DNA of 62,325 nucleotides, filler included, from Sphacelaria rigidula (taxonomy: Eukaryota), in the NCBI GenBank assembly GCA_964200075.2. It is 11 parts of 11 records of this genome, joined end to end, with 100 filler letters (N's around TTAATTAATTAA, not from the genome) between each part and the next. Parts side by side here need not be neighbours in the genome. Positions count along the whole stretch, not along the records: positions 1 to 5,575 come from CAXNAA020026185.1; positions 5,676 to 11,250 come from CAXNAA020026186.1; positions 11,351 to 16,925 come from CAXNAA020026187.1; 8 more parts are not named here. One strand, given 5' to 3'. Shown piece by piece: positions 1 through 13,314 of the stretch. Below the pieces are notes generated by a model. It did no database searches. It was not told the origin of the DNA and saw only the letters and a program-made list of their open reading frames with translations. Each line of letters begins with the position of its first letter. Position 1 is the first letter of the stretch. The position numbers and the translations under genes were made by a program.

Positions 1-1220
1 TTTTTCTCCGTCTCGAAAGGGATGCGTGGTCAATGGTCAGACGACTAAGGCAAGCAACACATGAGAACGCCCCCCCCTCTCTTCTTTCTCTTCTTGCTTC
101 CTGTCTTCCTTTTTCTTTTTCCCCTCTCTCTCTCTCCCTTTTTGCCGTTTGTTCCATATGTCCTTCCTTCCTGTTTCGGTTCCGCGCAGTGACCCTATTT
201 CCTCTCCCTTTCCCTCTCCCGCCCCTACATTTTTTGTCCTCTCTTTCCTTTTTGCGCTCCTCCTTCGTTAACTTACTACCTCGCCGGTGAACATGCTTAG
301 GTCTATCGGGCAACGTACCGCAGGGTCGCCGAGCGAAACAAGCGATTCTACAAGCGATACCCCGGGGATGTCGAAAAGGTTCGTTTTTATTTTTTGTAGT
401 ACACTTGGAGACCAGGGGTGGTATCTAGCATCCGCACGGCTTCAGGTGGTGTTCCAAGCACGAGAACTTCCTTCTTTCCTTCTTCATATAAAGCCCTTTG
501 ACGATCATCTGGATGCGTCATCCGGGTCCTCCAGTCATTATTTAGACTTCAAAATGATGCCAATTATTCATGGGATGATTCATCCCCACGGTCAAAGGGT
601 CTGCTCGTGGACGAGGTACAAAACAACTAACCCTTGATGGTATCAACAGCCCGAGAGCTCCCGAAGAAAGCCTACTACGTGGTTGTTGTCGTTCTTGTGA
701 GCTCCAGTGCCTGAAAGGGTAAGCCCTGTTTCTGGCGAGTGACTGTCAGACTGGTACGCGTGGACAATGTGCGTATGTTTAGGGGGCATATTCGCTGGGA
801 AGAAACACGCCTACTTGCATCAACACAGGGAACGAACCCAACGTGTCGGTGAATATCAGATTTTTTTTTCTCTCTCTGTCTCTCTCTGTCTGTCTCTGTC
901 TCTGTCTGTCTCTGTCACTCTGTTTTACTTTCAGATGGGGGGCCGTCACCTATGGTGATTTTTGCTTCCCTTTGGTCGTCCGCGGAATAGTAGAGGGGAA
1001 CTAAAGCAATAGTGGATTTTTTCTATAGACAAGCCTCACAGCTGCAGGGCTTAGTTGATCGCGATGGAACCGTACGTTGAACACCTCGGACAATTGAGGA
1101 GTCAACTCAGGTATGTGGTATAACCCATCCAAGGATAAAAGGTATCGCTAAGTTATACCATATAACTCAGCCGATGGGAAATTGGAGAACGTACGGCTGA
1201 GACCAATTCTCTCATATGCC

Positions 1221-1656
1221 GGAACAAAATCCTGTTGGAAACTGCCTTCTGGGCACTTCTTCGTCGTTTAATCCCCGAAAAGAGGGCTAAGCGGATTTCG
1301 ACACCTTGAAATGGTTTGCTCTACTCGTTGAGACCGTTCCAGGGCAACTTCGTGTTTCCCGCTGGCCGCAGATTTAATTTTGGCCGAACTTGCATTTTCA
1401 ATAACAAACGGTCAAGTGATGAAAGTAACGGGGGGGGCTGGCAAATTTGTTCAATCACTTGACCGTTTGTGATTGACAATGCAAGTTCGGCCAAAAATAA
1501 AACTGAGGCCAGCGGGAAACGCGAAGTTGCCCTCGAACGGTCTCAACGAGGAGAGCAAGTGATTCCAAGGTTTCAATATCCGTCTAGCCCTCTGTTCGGG
1601 CGTGAAACGACGCGAGGAGGGCCCAAAAGGCAGCTTTCAACAAGATTTTTTTTCTG
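1221..1656. mobile_element. Foldback/MITE-like element (about 200-bp inverted arms) interrupting the 42-bp minisatellite
   Basis: The left arm (ctgccttctgggc...gaaaagagggctaagcgg...ttggccgaacttgcatt) is the reverse complement of the right arm (aatgcaagttcggccaa...agccctctgttcgggcg...gcccaaaaggcag). The same family occurs at 13370-13810, 23700-24840 and 51076-51120. Confidence 0.8.
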
Positions 1657-1667
1657 ACACATAAGAG

Positions 1668-2560
1668 CTGGACTGAGTTATGCAGTACGATTCATGCAGT
1701 GGAAATAGATACCATTGAGTCATACCGTATAGCTCATCCAGTGGAAGTAGATAACGCTGAGTTATACCGTTCAGCTCATCCAGTGGCAATATTGTATGTA
1801 CAGTACCGCTGAGTAGTGCTGTATAACTCACCCAATGGAAAATGGTACCGCCGAGCTTCACAGTATGACTCATCCACTGAAAATAGATACCGCTGAGGTG
1901 TACCGTGTAGCTCATCCAGTGGAAATAGGTACCGCTGAATTGTAGCATATAACTCAGCCTGTGCAAAATGATACCGCTGAGCTTCATATTTATAGTATGA
2001 CTCATCCAATGAAAATAGATACCGCTGAGTTATACCGTATATAATAGTATATATCATCCAGTGGAAATAGGTACCGCAGAGTTGTGCCGTATAACTCACC
2101 CAGTAGAAAATGGTACCGCTGAGCTTTACCATATGACTCATCCAGTGGAAATAGGTACCGCTGAATTATAGCATATAAATCACGCCAGTGGAGAATGGTA
2201 CCGCTGAGCTTCACCGTATAAACTCATGCAGTGGAAATAGTTACTGGTGAGTTATACCGTATAACTCATCCAGTGGAAACAGGTACCACTGAGTCGTACC
2301 GTATAGTATAGCTCATCCAGTGGAAGCAGGTACCGCTGAATTTTGATTGATTTTCGATCGATTGTCGCACTTTAACTGACTGTACCGTATGAAGCAAGTC
2401 ATCCAGTGGAAATAGGTACCGCTGAATTGTACCATATACCACATGCCGTAACGAGAGCTACCATTGAGTTATTCCCTATAACTCATCCAATGAAAATAGG
2501 TAACGTTGTGTCACATCGTACAACTCAGCAAACATTAGTTACTGTATACGAAACATGAGT
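1668..2560. repeat. 42-bp minisatellite, about 20 diverged copies, with extra units at about 1105-1205
   Basis: The unit is approximately ATAACTCATCCAGTGGAAATAGGTACCGCTGAGTTATACCGT. The period is 42 (agctc at 1731 and 1773; aactc at 2221 and 2263). Confidence 0.92.
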
Positions 2561-2682
2561 TACATGAGTTGAGCGGTCCGACTTGTGGAAGGTTGTCATG
2601 CTGCTCCCACCGCACCGAATCACGTCAGGTGCAACACCCCCATCGCATTTCCCCGGGAAACAACGTATTTTCTGGACAATAG

Positions 2683-2871
2683 GTGAAGCGCATCTTGGCA
2701 CATTTGCGGAGCAAAAGGGTAGAACTTCCCGCTGGAGGCGTGTTGACTCCGGGGAGGTTCCTACAGCTCGGACTGGCCTTGGGTGGAGGCGGAGGATTCG
2801 AAAGCCTGCACTACTTGTGCGAAAGCGCCTTCGATGGTGACGGAGAGCTCAAGTACTCCTTTCTGAGAGAG
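2683..2871 (+). CDS. PIP: Proline iminopeptidase (alpha/beta hydrolase, plant/Aeromonas-type), internal exon 1 of 3 seen
   Basis: Bounded ag|GTG...GAG|gt, phase 0. The peptide VELPAGGVLTPGRFLQLGLALGGGGGFESLHYL matches the PIP family motif. Confidence 0.88.
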
Positions 2872-3563
2872 GTGCGGATTCGGTTTTGTTTTTTCACTGT
2901 CCTTTTTATGTACTGAAGATTGCTCTGGTCTTGATAAGGTACTTGTTTGTGGGCGATCCCCCCAAAGGTGTGTACCTTCTCTATTTCCTGACTGTAGGCC
3001 GGGACCCTGAAAGAGAAGCGGGCATGCACGTGTACTTGCTTTTGCTTGCATGTCTAAACAGGTACAATTTTCGACCGAAGTATAAGTATAAGTATACATA
3101 ACGGCATGAAAATGCTTGAGTACAGTGTATACAAGATATCGAATGAGTATTGTTGTATTTAAAAAGCAAAGAGAAGAATGATACATCGTTTGTCGTCGTT
3201 GGATAATACTCCGGACGAAACACTCCGATTTGCCCCCATTTGAATAGGCTGGTTGCTCTACTCTTCCAGTGACTCTGACGCTGACGAAGTTTTCGTGAAC
3301 AATGGATACTATCCGTAACCCTTCACTTATGAAGAACAAAAAAACTCAATGTCTTGGGGTAACTTGATTTGATTTTTGTTGCCCTTGTGATTCTCCGCAC
3401 CAACTTTTAAAAGCACAACTCTAACCAATGAGCTGTCAAATCGCCTACAACCTACAGTTGCGTTTCTAGGCTGTTCCAGCCTGTAGCTTGACGGGTGCAG
3501 AAACGCCTCATTTTCTTTTTGTCATTATTTTAAAACCCCCCGATATGAACGGAATGAAAGCAG

Positions 3564-3695
3564 GTGGAGAATCGTCAGCCGTATGACACCAATCCAATTT
3601 ACGCGATACTGCACGAGAGCATATACCTCCGCGGGGAGGGCGTAGCTGGACCATCTGCGTGGTCAGCCGAGAGAGTGCTCAGCGAGGATCCTGAG
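3564..3695 (+). CDS. PIP: Proline iminopeptidase internal exon 2
   Basis: cag|GTG...GAG|gt, in frame with the previous exon. Translates to VENRQPYDTNPIYAILHESIYLRGEGVAGPSAWSAERV, containing the family motif DTNPxYAxLHESIY...WSAxR. Confidence 0.9.
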
Positions 3696-4911
3696 GTGCT
3701 TCTTTTTCTTTTTCAGTGATATGTTTGTCGTTTGCCGATTGTGCTTGACTTTAGTTCGTTAGTTGTTGTACTGGTTACAATTTGGTTATAATTTTGGCTC
3801 TTGTTTTGATTTATTTCAGTTGCCCGTTTAAGTTTCCGTGTTTTTCTGCGTTCGACTCGATAACACAGTTCTTGTACTATTCCCACGAAAGATTGGCTAC
3901 AATAGTGCGGGTGCTCTGTCGGTGCTCTAGTGAGTCGCAGAGTCTGAGATCGTGGATGTGTACCAGTAGTGCGGAGGCATGGAGAAATGGATGATAGTCC
4001 CAGAGAGAGAGGGCCTCTCGCTGAGGATCAGACAGGTATAAATAGCAAGATGTTGGTCATTGGGGCAATCTCTCGTGGATAATGACTATAAGGGACTGGT
4101 CAAGGACGTGCTCTCCATAGGTTCTGGTTTTAAGTTTTTGTTTCCTTATCTGTCCTTGTTTTATGCTCTAGGAACGGAATTTTCTGACCGAAGCAGTACT
4201 GGAGATGGACAGGTCGATCCCTTGAGACCACAGACTTGTCCCGAGAAAGGAGAGAGGTTCAAAGTGCGACAAGAAAAAGAAGGGAGAAGCAGTGCGTAAT
4301 TTTTTTTCAAAGGAACACGTGTCTTTTACGTATACTGCATAAATAAAGTAATTCATGATACCCATCGTCTGGGCTCATCAAGGGCTTCTGCATTTTGGTG
4401 CTTGGGTTGTGTCGGTGTAGGTCATTGTTGTTGTTTTTGTTGTTGCTGGGCCGTGTGTGGTAAAATTTTATGTTACACGTATTTTTTCCTTCAGTGAGGA
4501 ATGATGTGCATACGTAGCTTCGTCTTCTTTTTTTTTTGCCTTCAGGTTGAAAGAGGCGTTTTTCTGACTGGGCACCCCCCTCCCTCCCTCTTTTGATCAT
4601 GTGCAAGTCGTGCTACGGAAGGGGTGCACAAATGTTCCGTGGGTCGGCGTACTGGAGTTAGATACAGACGTGCGCACCTGCACTGGTGCAGCTAGGACGA
4701 ATTTGAGTCTGAGAACATGAGGCGATCGCAGGCAAACAAACATCACAAATTGTTTTTAAAAAGATGTCATTGTTACGTTTCACAACGCATGGATCTACCT
4801 CAGACAAGTTTGGGGGGCAAAAAACGTGCACCCCCTACTGCAGCACGACTCATGCCTGGGTTTCTTGCGTTCGTGTGTCTGTGTGTGTGTGTGCGCGCGC
4901 GCGCGTTTCAG

Positions 4912-4978
4912 GTGAAACAGGCTTTCGACTGGGCATCCACGTTAGAAGAGGGCAACGGCCGAGCACCCTACTTCGTCG
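4912..4978 (+). CDS. PIP: Proline iminopeptidase internal exon 3
   Basis: cag|GTG...TCG|gtgagt. Translates to VKQAFDWASTLEEGNGRAPYFV(G), leading into the conserved PxxFxGEM motif. Confidence 0.8.
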
Positions 4979-5280
4979 GTGAGTGAAGCACGAGTGCACC
5001 CTGCAAATGGCCAGTAAGGTGGGTGTATTTGCCGTTTAGGCTGGCGCTGATTTGCAACGTACCGTGGTTGGGTAAAGTAGCTGTCGGCGCGTATGTACGC
5101 TGTCGTACTAAAATATATACAAGGCTGTAAGTAAGCACATTGGATATGTCCGAGTAAGCTCTACACGGTACATGAGGAGTCAGTGCGGTTCAGCGCGAAG
5201 TATCGAAAAAACGGTTCGGGAACCAGTACTTTTGCCAGTGTGATTCAGCCGAGCCAGAGTGGCTATGTAGCTCCGTATTG

Positions 5281-5490
5281 CCGCCTCACCCTGGTGTTGT
5301 AATGGTCCGACTGTCATCATTAGGGTGGAGAGAACGAGGGTTGGATTCCCGGTGCGTCGGGGTTTTTCTTCTGATTTCCACTGTCGAAAGCGTGAGTACG
5401 TGAGTAAACAAAAAATAGGCGACTGAGTTTGTTCGACGAGAGTTCACGCGGTGCGGGAGTGCAGACCTAATGTGCGAGAGCAGAATGTCA
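5281..5490 (+). mobile_element. SINE family 2, 5' part (tRNA-like head)
   Basis: A-box-like tggtgttgtaatggt and B-box-like ggttggattccc. The body is shared with 45401-45670 and 46636-46856. 3' fragments occur at 4190-4285 (+) and 35935-35997 (-). Confidence 0.65.
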
Positions 5491-6092
5491 GGTGTCTACG
5501 GGGGGGGGGGGGGGGGGGAGTCATGACTTTACTTGTCATTGGCATAAGACATTTGACCCCCCATCCCTACAAAGCNNNNNNNNNNNNNNNNNNNNNNNNN
5601 NNNNNNNNNNNNNNNNNNNTTAATTAATTAANNNNNNNNNNNNNNNNNNNNNNNNNNNNNNNNNNNNNNNNNNNNCATGAACCTCTCCGTTCCCTGCAGC
5701 ACTCCCGCGTGCCACCGCAACTCGACATTATGTTTCATAGAGACGAACGGAATGACAATATAAACCAACTTGGGCATTCCCAGCGGAGATCAAACCGTCC
5801 CCACAAAGGCCTGAAGACGCCACAGGGTAACGACAGTTTCAGCACACAAGACAGAGCATGGGTGTGTCTGTGCTGCAGCACAGTGATATAGGACATGTCC
5901 CATTCGATAGTTATTTCCCTGATTACGGGTGGGTCTTCGATTTTTGCCCTGTGGCGTTTTACAAACGCTGGGCCATAATCGCGCTTCGCGCGAGAGTATT
6001 TTATTCCACTTCACCACGGGTTCGCGAGATCCGACTAATGTGCGGAAATAATAATAATAATAATAATAATGATGATAATAATAATAATAATA

Positions 6093-6314
6093 CACATGCA
6101 GCCATTTATTTGGCTAACCCCCCAAATGCCTCCTGAGGGATGCGCGGCCCTCCAGGAGGGAAACAAGCCTCCGGAGGCGTTTATTCTCTCTGGAGGACAC
6201 CGAAAAATCCCCCTTTGAGGGCCGCGCACCTTTTCGGGGCGTTGAATTCCTCTCGAGGCTCAAAAAGTTTACCCACCTGGAGGAACTTTGGAGGTAGCCA
6301 AATGGCCGCGTGTG
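6093..6314. mobile_element. MITE with TA TSD (Tc1/mariner-type ends)
   Basis: ta|cacatgcagccatttatttggcta ... tagccaaatggccgcgtgtg|ta form terminal inverted repeats. Confidence 0.6.
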
Positions 6315-8199
6315 TAGGTCTCACTGTCAGAGCGCGAGGGCTAAATCGGCCAACTGAACTGTGTTTGGTTTAGACAAAGTTGGGGAGCCCGCACTGGCCG
6401 GGAACCGTTGAGACTAACTTTACAGCGAAACGAACATCTGTGGGCTACCAGTGCCGCACAAACACTTCTGTCTGTAGAAGTGCTTTTAGTACACTCGTAC
6501 AGTGACAAGATAATAGGTTGAACGGTCCGTGCAATCAGTAATACTTTGGCCGTACAGTGACAAGAGAATAGGACTGACGGTCCGTGCGATCAGTATGTTA
6601 ACCCTTTTGGACCTCGTTGACGATTTCTATTTGCGTGAATCGGCATCATTTTCATTCATTGTCAAGTCAAAATGATGCCGATTCGAAAAAACAAAAATCG
6701 TCAATGGGGTCTTTGGGCCCCGTGTACCTGAACAAAATGTGGGAGAAATATGGCGAGTCATCGAAACGCCAGGAACGAGACGAGACTTTTAAAGAGAGGG
6801 CGCAAAGTGTACCTACCCACGATAAAACAGCAGTGGTTCGCCTAATAGCGCCGGCTACTACTACTGCCATTTAGTATGCTTTCACAAGAAACATCTACTT
6901 GAGGCTTGAACCTGAGTACTTCAGTACCTGCCTTTTCAGAGAGTAGAGCATTCGGCTGCCGGCTGCTGTGTCCTGCAGTACAAGTTTTGGATGTTTTTCC
7001 GACTCATGTCAACACAACAGATATGCCATGGGGTACTAGGATATAGCGCTGCGACACCGGGTGCCTCCAAGATGGGAACGCGAAAGTGTAGCTACTAGGG
7101 CGCATGTGTGTGAAAGGGGACTAACCGCCTAGGCTTACCTTGGCCGAAATGATAGCAGAAGGTTCTGAGCTTTGGACGTCTGCGTAGCTGTAATAGTACC
7201 CTATCGCGGCTTCGCGGCCATAGAGTAACCTCAGCATTGAACTTAATCAAACGCATTGAATTAAAGTATATAAGTGACCAGTCATTTTCTTGGTTACGGA
7301 TAGCACGAAATTCAACCCCTGTCCACCTTGTGTCCAAACCAAATTGTAGTTGTTGTGTTGTTGTCTTCACATTAAAAACCATTCCGACATCTGCGCGGTA
7401 CATTCGTACTGGGCATCTGATGCGGACGCCTTCCGTGGTCAAACCAATTGCAAACTGTGATCTGACGCCGATTATATCTGTGACCACGGGTTCGAGAGAT
7501 CGGACTAATGTGCTTGAACAGAGGCCTTTATAATAATAATATGTGAACACATTTCTTGATACATCAGGAGTCCAGCAACGATCCACAGCTTGAATGAAAG
7601 CCCTGAATATGGACAAGGTATATCGTATATCTACTATTCCCCATCGCGACGGAATCTAGGATTATTTTCCTTCTGAAAATGGGGCGAAATCCTTCCCGAA
7701 ATTTCCTGCTGGTGATGCATGGTGTCTTCTCCCCTGCGCATGTTTTTGGCTGTCTGTCTGACTACTTGGTACTGCTGGGACGCGCACACCGCCTTTCGGC
7801 GCTGAAGAAACACTCGCTAAAGAAGAGCTCACTGTATCTGGTATGCGGGTGATGTGCGGCAAAAATGGGTCGTGACATCGTAGCGGGACACTTTGAGGGA
7901 ATTTTCATCAACAGTATGAAAACAATACCTCAACATCAAAGAACTATGAAAAAGACGTGTTGGGCGAGTCAGCGCTGGTTCTCGCCGGAGTACAGCACAA
8001 CAGTAGTACGGAGCATCGCGGATTGTGCGATGTCGGAAAGTCTTGCGGTACTTCTTCCCGAGAAGATTCCAGCACCATTTACGACCTCATTTTCGGACGC
8101 CCACTGACTGTGGGAAGGGTCATCGATTCCACGTAAACTTTGAAATCTCCGAAAACACACACCGACGATCTCAGAGAAACAAGGCACCGCCACTTAAAG

Positions 8200-11100
8200 G
8201 CCAAATGATATCAAGCCGTAGGTCTCAGTATATTCGCATGCATGATTGGAGCAGTGGCAGGGGACAGGACATCCTGGGTTGATGACCCTCATCTGTGTGG
8301 CTCCTTGCTGTCTAGCTCTTGTGATGTGGTCTCTTGAGAATCACTCCGTGACAATAACAAGTGAGAAGAAAGGACTTGTCGAGCACGAGGCCAGTGCTAC
8401 TGGAGGAGTCCCTCGTGGATAGTTCTCTTGTCCAGATCGTCTGGCAGAGGCTACAATTTCTAGATATTATTCTTCCGGCATTCTGTTAGAGGAGTTTGGT
8501 AGAAAAAATGGGCCGCAGCTTAGAGCCAGTTCAGCCCGCAGGCAGGAGGAGACCAGTTTGAAGCGCATAGCAGAGGGGACGCTTCGTGAGCTGAGACACG
8601 CACAAGTCAGGTAAGAGTATCTCCGTGAAGTATTTGAAGCACAGATTATATGGCTCAAGCGGCGGCAGTGCCGCTGGTGTTATGTGAGCCACTACAGCCG
8701 CCGAAGTACGGTGAAGTGTGGACCGAGGAAGCATCACGGGTTTCCTTCGCAAGATACCTTGAATACATACATACAGCGGCGGAGTCTAGCTAATGCAAAA
8801 GGAATTATACGGCATGAAAGAGTGAGCATGGGGCAACTCAGTCCTGCCTACATTCACCGCTGCTTCGAAGACATGTACAAGAACGGTCGGGCTACGACCT
8901 CCGATGAATTGCTTGATGCTGTGAAGCAGCATGCCGGGTATACTACAACCGGTCAAAAGCATGACGCTACGCGGGCTGCAGCAGACCTGCGTAAGGTACT
9001 CACAATGAAGCAAATTGATGGAAAGTCCGTGAAGGATCGCGCTATGACGGTTTTTTGCACAGAATCTGATGGTGCAAGCAATGTACCGTGCGGAGGACAG
9101 GAGTTGGTTGCCTGGCCCGGCCGAGTCGGTTTCCATAGCTTTGGTGGACGGGATCTCGCCCCTGGAATTTGAAGCGTATGTTAGAAGTGTACTAACGTAT
9201 GTTGACGGCTGGAAAAAGAGCCCGACGGTGGTGTTCAAAAATATATATTCGAGGCAGCCGGCCAATGAAAGTTCATTGAAGCACATGGCCGGCGCGACTC
9301 TGCAACAAGTGCAGGTGGTATGCGCCGCAAACAGCAACAACAAAAGAAGCAGCAGCCATCTTCGCGAGAGTCGCCCACTCGCGCGTGTTACAACTGCGGC
9401 GACACCGGACATATGATCATGCACTGCCCCAAGCCTCGCGCTCAAGGCGCGGCACAGGGCAATGCACGAGATTTATCAGGATCTCGGGGCGGTCGTCACG
9501 GTGGACGGGGCCGTGCCAATCAGGGACGCGGGCGCGGCGGCCGCGGTAGCAAGCAATCGGCGGCGGATGATGTTTCCTCCGCTGCTGTTTCTTCCACTAC
9601 GTCATCAGGTGGTGACTCTGGATCTTATGGTTCGTCCGTAGCGGAGCGGACAGTGTACGTGGGTAATGCAAACACGCCAGTGGGGAGTGCTGGAGCGAAT
9701 GGCTCGCAACCCCTCGGCAAGGCAAGATCCGTGTCTGGTGCATTCCCTACGGCTGCGACGGCTGCAACAGCGCCGTCTGCATATTCAGCGACTTGGTCTG
9801 GCTGGACCGACGATTCGCAGCTATCGATGCCAAGTGCTGGAGGGCAGCCCTGGCGTCAGGTGACTCTTGGGACAGAACAGGGTTCTCCGGAAGGCGTGGT
9901 ACACCTGTCGATCGCAAGGCTGAATGCTTACGCGCAGATTAGCCTTGCCCGGCTCTGTAGGTTCGTTCATGGCCCGCGTTATTCTGGATTTGGGGTCCGC
10001 GCTCACGTCGATCGGTGTGGGGTTGCTTGAGCAGTTTGGCGGCGCTCAGCTTCAATATCCGTTTGAAAACGGATCGCAAACGGCGCAGAACGCCACGGGT
10101 ACTCCCGTGACGGTTACAATCAAAACGATGCCGATTAACGTTAGCGTGCGTACGCCGTGGGGGGCTCTGCAGTTGCAGCCCATTACTTTCGCTGTCATGC
10201 CCGGCAGGGACAACGTGGTGCTGCTATTTGAGATGGCGACAATCAAGGAGCTTGGGATTGATTTATATCCGCTGGCGTTGGAAACGTTACGTCCGCGTGG
10301 TGTGCCGGTGCAAACCGGCGTGGAAAACCCCATTTATCTTGCTGCAAGGCGTGTGATCGTATCCATACGGTCATTCCAGAGCGCCAATGAGGCGGAGGCT
10401 CTTGCTGATGAAGCGGTCGAGCGCTTGGTCGATCGGGGACCTGATATGTTCATGGACCCAGCGAAGGAAAGAGGTGCACGGGAACGTGCGCTTGAGGATA
10501 GTGTGCGGCAGGCCGAGCAGAAGGGCCTGAGCGCCGATGACGCACATTGTCTGCGCGATATTATGGCTCGTCGCGTAGATACATTTCGCCGTGCGCTGCG
10601 TGGTGATCCGCCAGCGCGCGAGGAGCCAATGAAGAAGGCTGTTAAGGCCAAGCCTCGCCGCTGCGATCCGGTGAAGACCGTGTGGCTTGCTTCATGCATT
10701 GCAGTTTTGGTGGCATTTGGTTTGTTGGTTAGAAATATTCAAGCTGTGTGGGCGAGTCCAGCGATGGCGATGCCGAAGAGGGACACAGTCCGTTTGGACA
10801 GCGACTATCAGGCGATGTACGCGCAAGTGGAACAGTCTCCGGGGGTAATGCCAAGCCAAGAAGGCATGCGGGCGTTGCTGGGAGCCTAACAACAATATCG
10901 GTATGTCATTGAACACATTCCTGGAGAGCGCATTTTTTGGGGAGATTTGTTGTCTCGCTTGGTGAAGGTTCCTACCGTGCCTGTTCGTTCTGTTGTCGTG
11001 TACAGCGCGTGTGATGCCGATGATTCGCTGCCCTCAGTAGATGTCATTCGTACCGCGCAGTGCGAAACAGTCGGCGACGGTGTTCATTCTTTTCCTACGA

Positions 11101-11250
11101 CTCTCGTATGGCTGATGCTGATTCGTTGCGTGACAAGGTTCGAGGCGTGGTTGACGAGCAAGTGCGGTTTTGTAACGAAGTGCAAGCTGCTATCGCAGTG
11201 TCTCGCGAAACCAAACGCAAGCTTGCTCAGGGCCAGGCTGTGTTGCCCAA
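8200..11250 (+). mobile_element. Degenerate Ty3/Gypsy LTR retrotransposon (possible 5' LTR, gag with zinc knuckle, protease, RT N-terminus; RT core and most of RNase H deleted; cut by contig end)
   Basis: CYNCGDTGHMIMHC knuckle (about 9386-9427), protease-like ILDLGSALTSI, and FRRALRGDPPA..WASPAMAMPK (RT start), then a jump to YRYVIEHIPGERIFWGDLLSR (RNase H end). Clearly homologous to the element at 39930-44745. The left boundary is approximate. Confidence 0.9.
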
Positions 11251-11814
11251 NNNNNNNNNNNNNNNNNNNNNNNNNNNNNNNNNNNNNNNNNNNNTTAATT
11301 AATTAANNNNNNNNNNNNNNNNNNNNNNNNNNNNNNNNNNNNNNNNNNNNAGCGTTGCAACCCAGGTACACGCAGCCCAGACATGTCGAATGGCGCAAAA
11401 GTTGCGTGAATACCCGTTGGACCAGCGGTCAACTTTTTTCTCCCTTCGGGGCAATCAGGCCGAGGAGATCGTGGGTTTGGTGATTCGAACCCGTGGTGAT
11501 TCGCCCTCACCGCGAATTTTCAGCACTGGCAGTTCTTTTGTATGACAAGATACCTTGCAAGATACAGCAAACTTTTCGCAGATCGTCGGGCACAACACAA
11601 GTCTGGGTACCTTCTATAGGCATGTGTACCTTTATGCCGGACGCGGTCGCATCTGATTGACTAGAAACGGATATCTACGGAGATACCATCTGTGTCGAGG
11701 AAGTGCATGTATGAAATAAGAGGCGTATTTCGCTGACGCGCATTTATTTCATTACCGCAGTTCGGCATAAATAAGCGATGGTTGACTCATACTTCATTTT
11801 CGTCAAAACAGACC

Positions 11815-11927
11815 GGTAACCTCAACCCCTAGACAGCGAAGTTAGTCTTCTGTTGAATCGGCATCAATTTCAAGTGAAAAAAAGTATGCATGATCCAGAA
11901 AGACTAATCTCGCGGTCTAAGGGTTAA
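11815..11927. mobile_element. Short piggyBac-like MITE remnant (related pieces at 6597-6720, 12355-12432, 30870-30930, 46500-46570)
   Basis: Termini (t)caacccctagac...gtctaagggttaa and ttaaccctttt resemble CCC...GGG ends with a TTAA site. The copies share an internal gaatcggcatca motif. Confidence 0.4.
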
Positions 11928-12779
11928 CCCGATACCCAAACCCAGGGAGACGGACCCTAGAGTAGTAGTGCTCGAGGCAAAATATTGTTTGTTTCGGTTC
12001 AAAGCGGTGCCGTTGGCGCTATTGATTTTACCCGACGACCCCTGGTCCGTGAACAAACACGATTCATGATAGTAAATAATAAAAAAACGACACACTATAC
12101 AACGGACAGATCGATCGAGAACAACCATCTGCGAACGGAGAGACAAGTGTGTGTTGACTACAGTTGCAAAACTGTTCGTTGAAATGACTGCTATAGGCAA
12201 TGTACTGTACCACACTTGAGGTACTCGTATTCTTGAAATCACACCACAACAGTAGCAGAGGTATCTCAAACTCGAGAATCCCGGTATATGTCACAGTAAT
12301 TTACAGATCAATATATCATGGACCTCGAGTTTGAGATACCTTCAGACAATGAGGCCACCCGCTGAATTGGCATCAATTCTACTTGGAAAAAAATATGCGC
12401 CAGATGGACTAACCTCTCGGTCCAAGGGTTGACAGTGAATTCCAGTCCAGTATATCGGGAACCTCCGTGTTCGAGATAGCTGCAGTCCTATTCATTCATG
12501 TAGTGAAAAAAAGCGCTGACCGCCAAGGAACACATGTTGAAACCTCAAACCTTGCCAGGATCACCCACACATGAACATATCGGTACACGCACACATACGG
12601 CACGACCTACGGTACACCCTCACAAGAATCACAACTACACCACTACCCTCGGCCCACATCCAGTGCATCATTCATCGTCTCCAGATGTGACGTGCTAACC
12701 CGGTGTCACATCGTCGTCGCGCGCAACTGCACCATTGGGGCATTATCAACACATGGATGGGCAAAGAAGAGGCTCCACG

Positions 12780-12875
12780 GAGGTACCTCAACTCCAGGTT
12801 CCCGGTATATATTTGACTGTAAACTTTTTTTTTCACAGTCAAATATACCGGGAACCTCAAGTTGGAGATTCCTCT
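12780..12875. repeat. About 90-bp hairpin element (second copy at 12258-12341)
   Basis: gaggtacctcaactccaggttcccggtatat...atataccgggaacctcaagttggagattcctc is self-complementary. Confidence 0.6.
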
Positions 12876-12916
12876 CATAAGCCCAAACTCCAATTCCGGT
12901 GGTGGGTGTTTTTCAA

Positions 12917-13106
12917 GGACAGGTCGAGTAGAGTGTACTCAATTGCGGGGTATTTTGAAAGTCGTACACGAATTGAGGGTAGGGTTATAGGGATCGCTTT
13001 TCAGCTGTTTTTTGGGCACGACTCCTAACATTCTACCCTAATTTGAGTACCTCAAGCACGTCTTTCAAAATACCCCGCAATCGAGTAAACTCTACTCGAC
13101 CTGCCC
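12917..13106. mobile_element. Tourist/Harbinger-like MITE
   Basis: About 45-bp TIRs: ggacaggtcgagtagagtgtactcaattgcggggtattttgaaag and ctttcaaaataccccgcaatcgagtaaactctactcgacctgccc followed by tta. Confidence 0.65.
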
Positions 13107-13314
13107 TTAGTGTTTTTTCCCTCCGTTTTGCGGAGGTCAGTACTCGTATGTATCGGCCGTTGTCACTGCTGCTTGACAGTCTTATCTGATACAGTTTTTG
13201 CTTTCCATGTTCCGATGCTCGTCCCCGTCATGTCACTTTCTCGCTGCCCCCAGCGATTAGAGATACTGCAGGCTGGTTGGTTGTTCAGGTTGAACACCCA
13301 AAGTTTTACTCCCC

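Noticed and set aside
1637..2214. Minus-strand ORFs with 14-aa periodicity
   Set aside because: They are a by-product of the 42-bp repeat unit being a multiple of three, with frequent frame breaks.
1668..2560. CRISPR-like array (palindromic repeat with regular spacing)
   Set aside because: The intervening 21-mers are copies of each other rather than unique spacers. There are no cas genes and the context is eukaryotic.
5620..5631. Periodic TTAATTAATTAA motif every 5675 bp
   Set aside because: It is an artificial six-frame stop linker within the N-runs.
7640..8200. Possible transposase fragment upstream of the Gypsy element
   Set aside because: Only short ORFs are present, with no recognisable catalytic motif.
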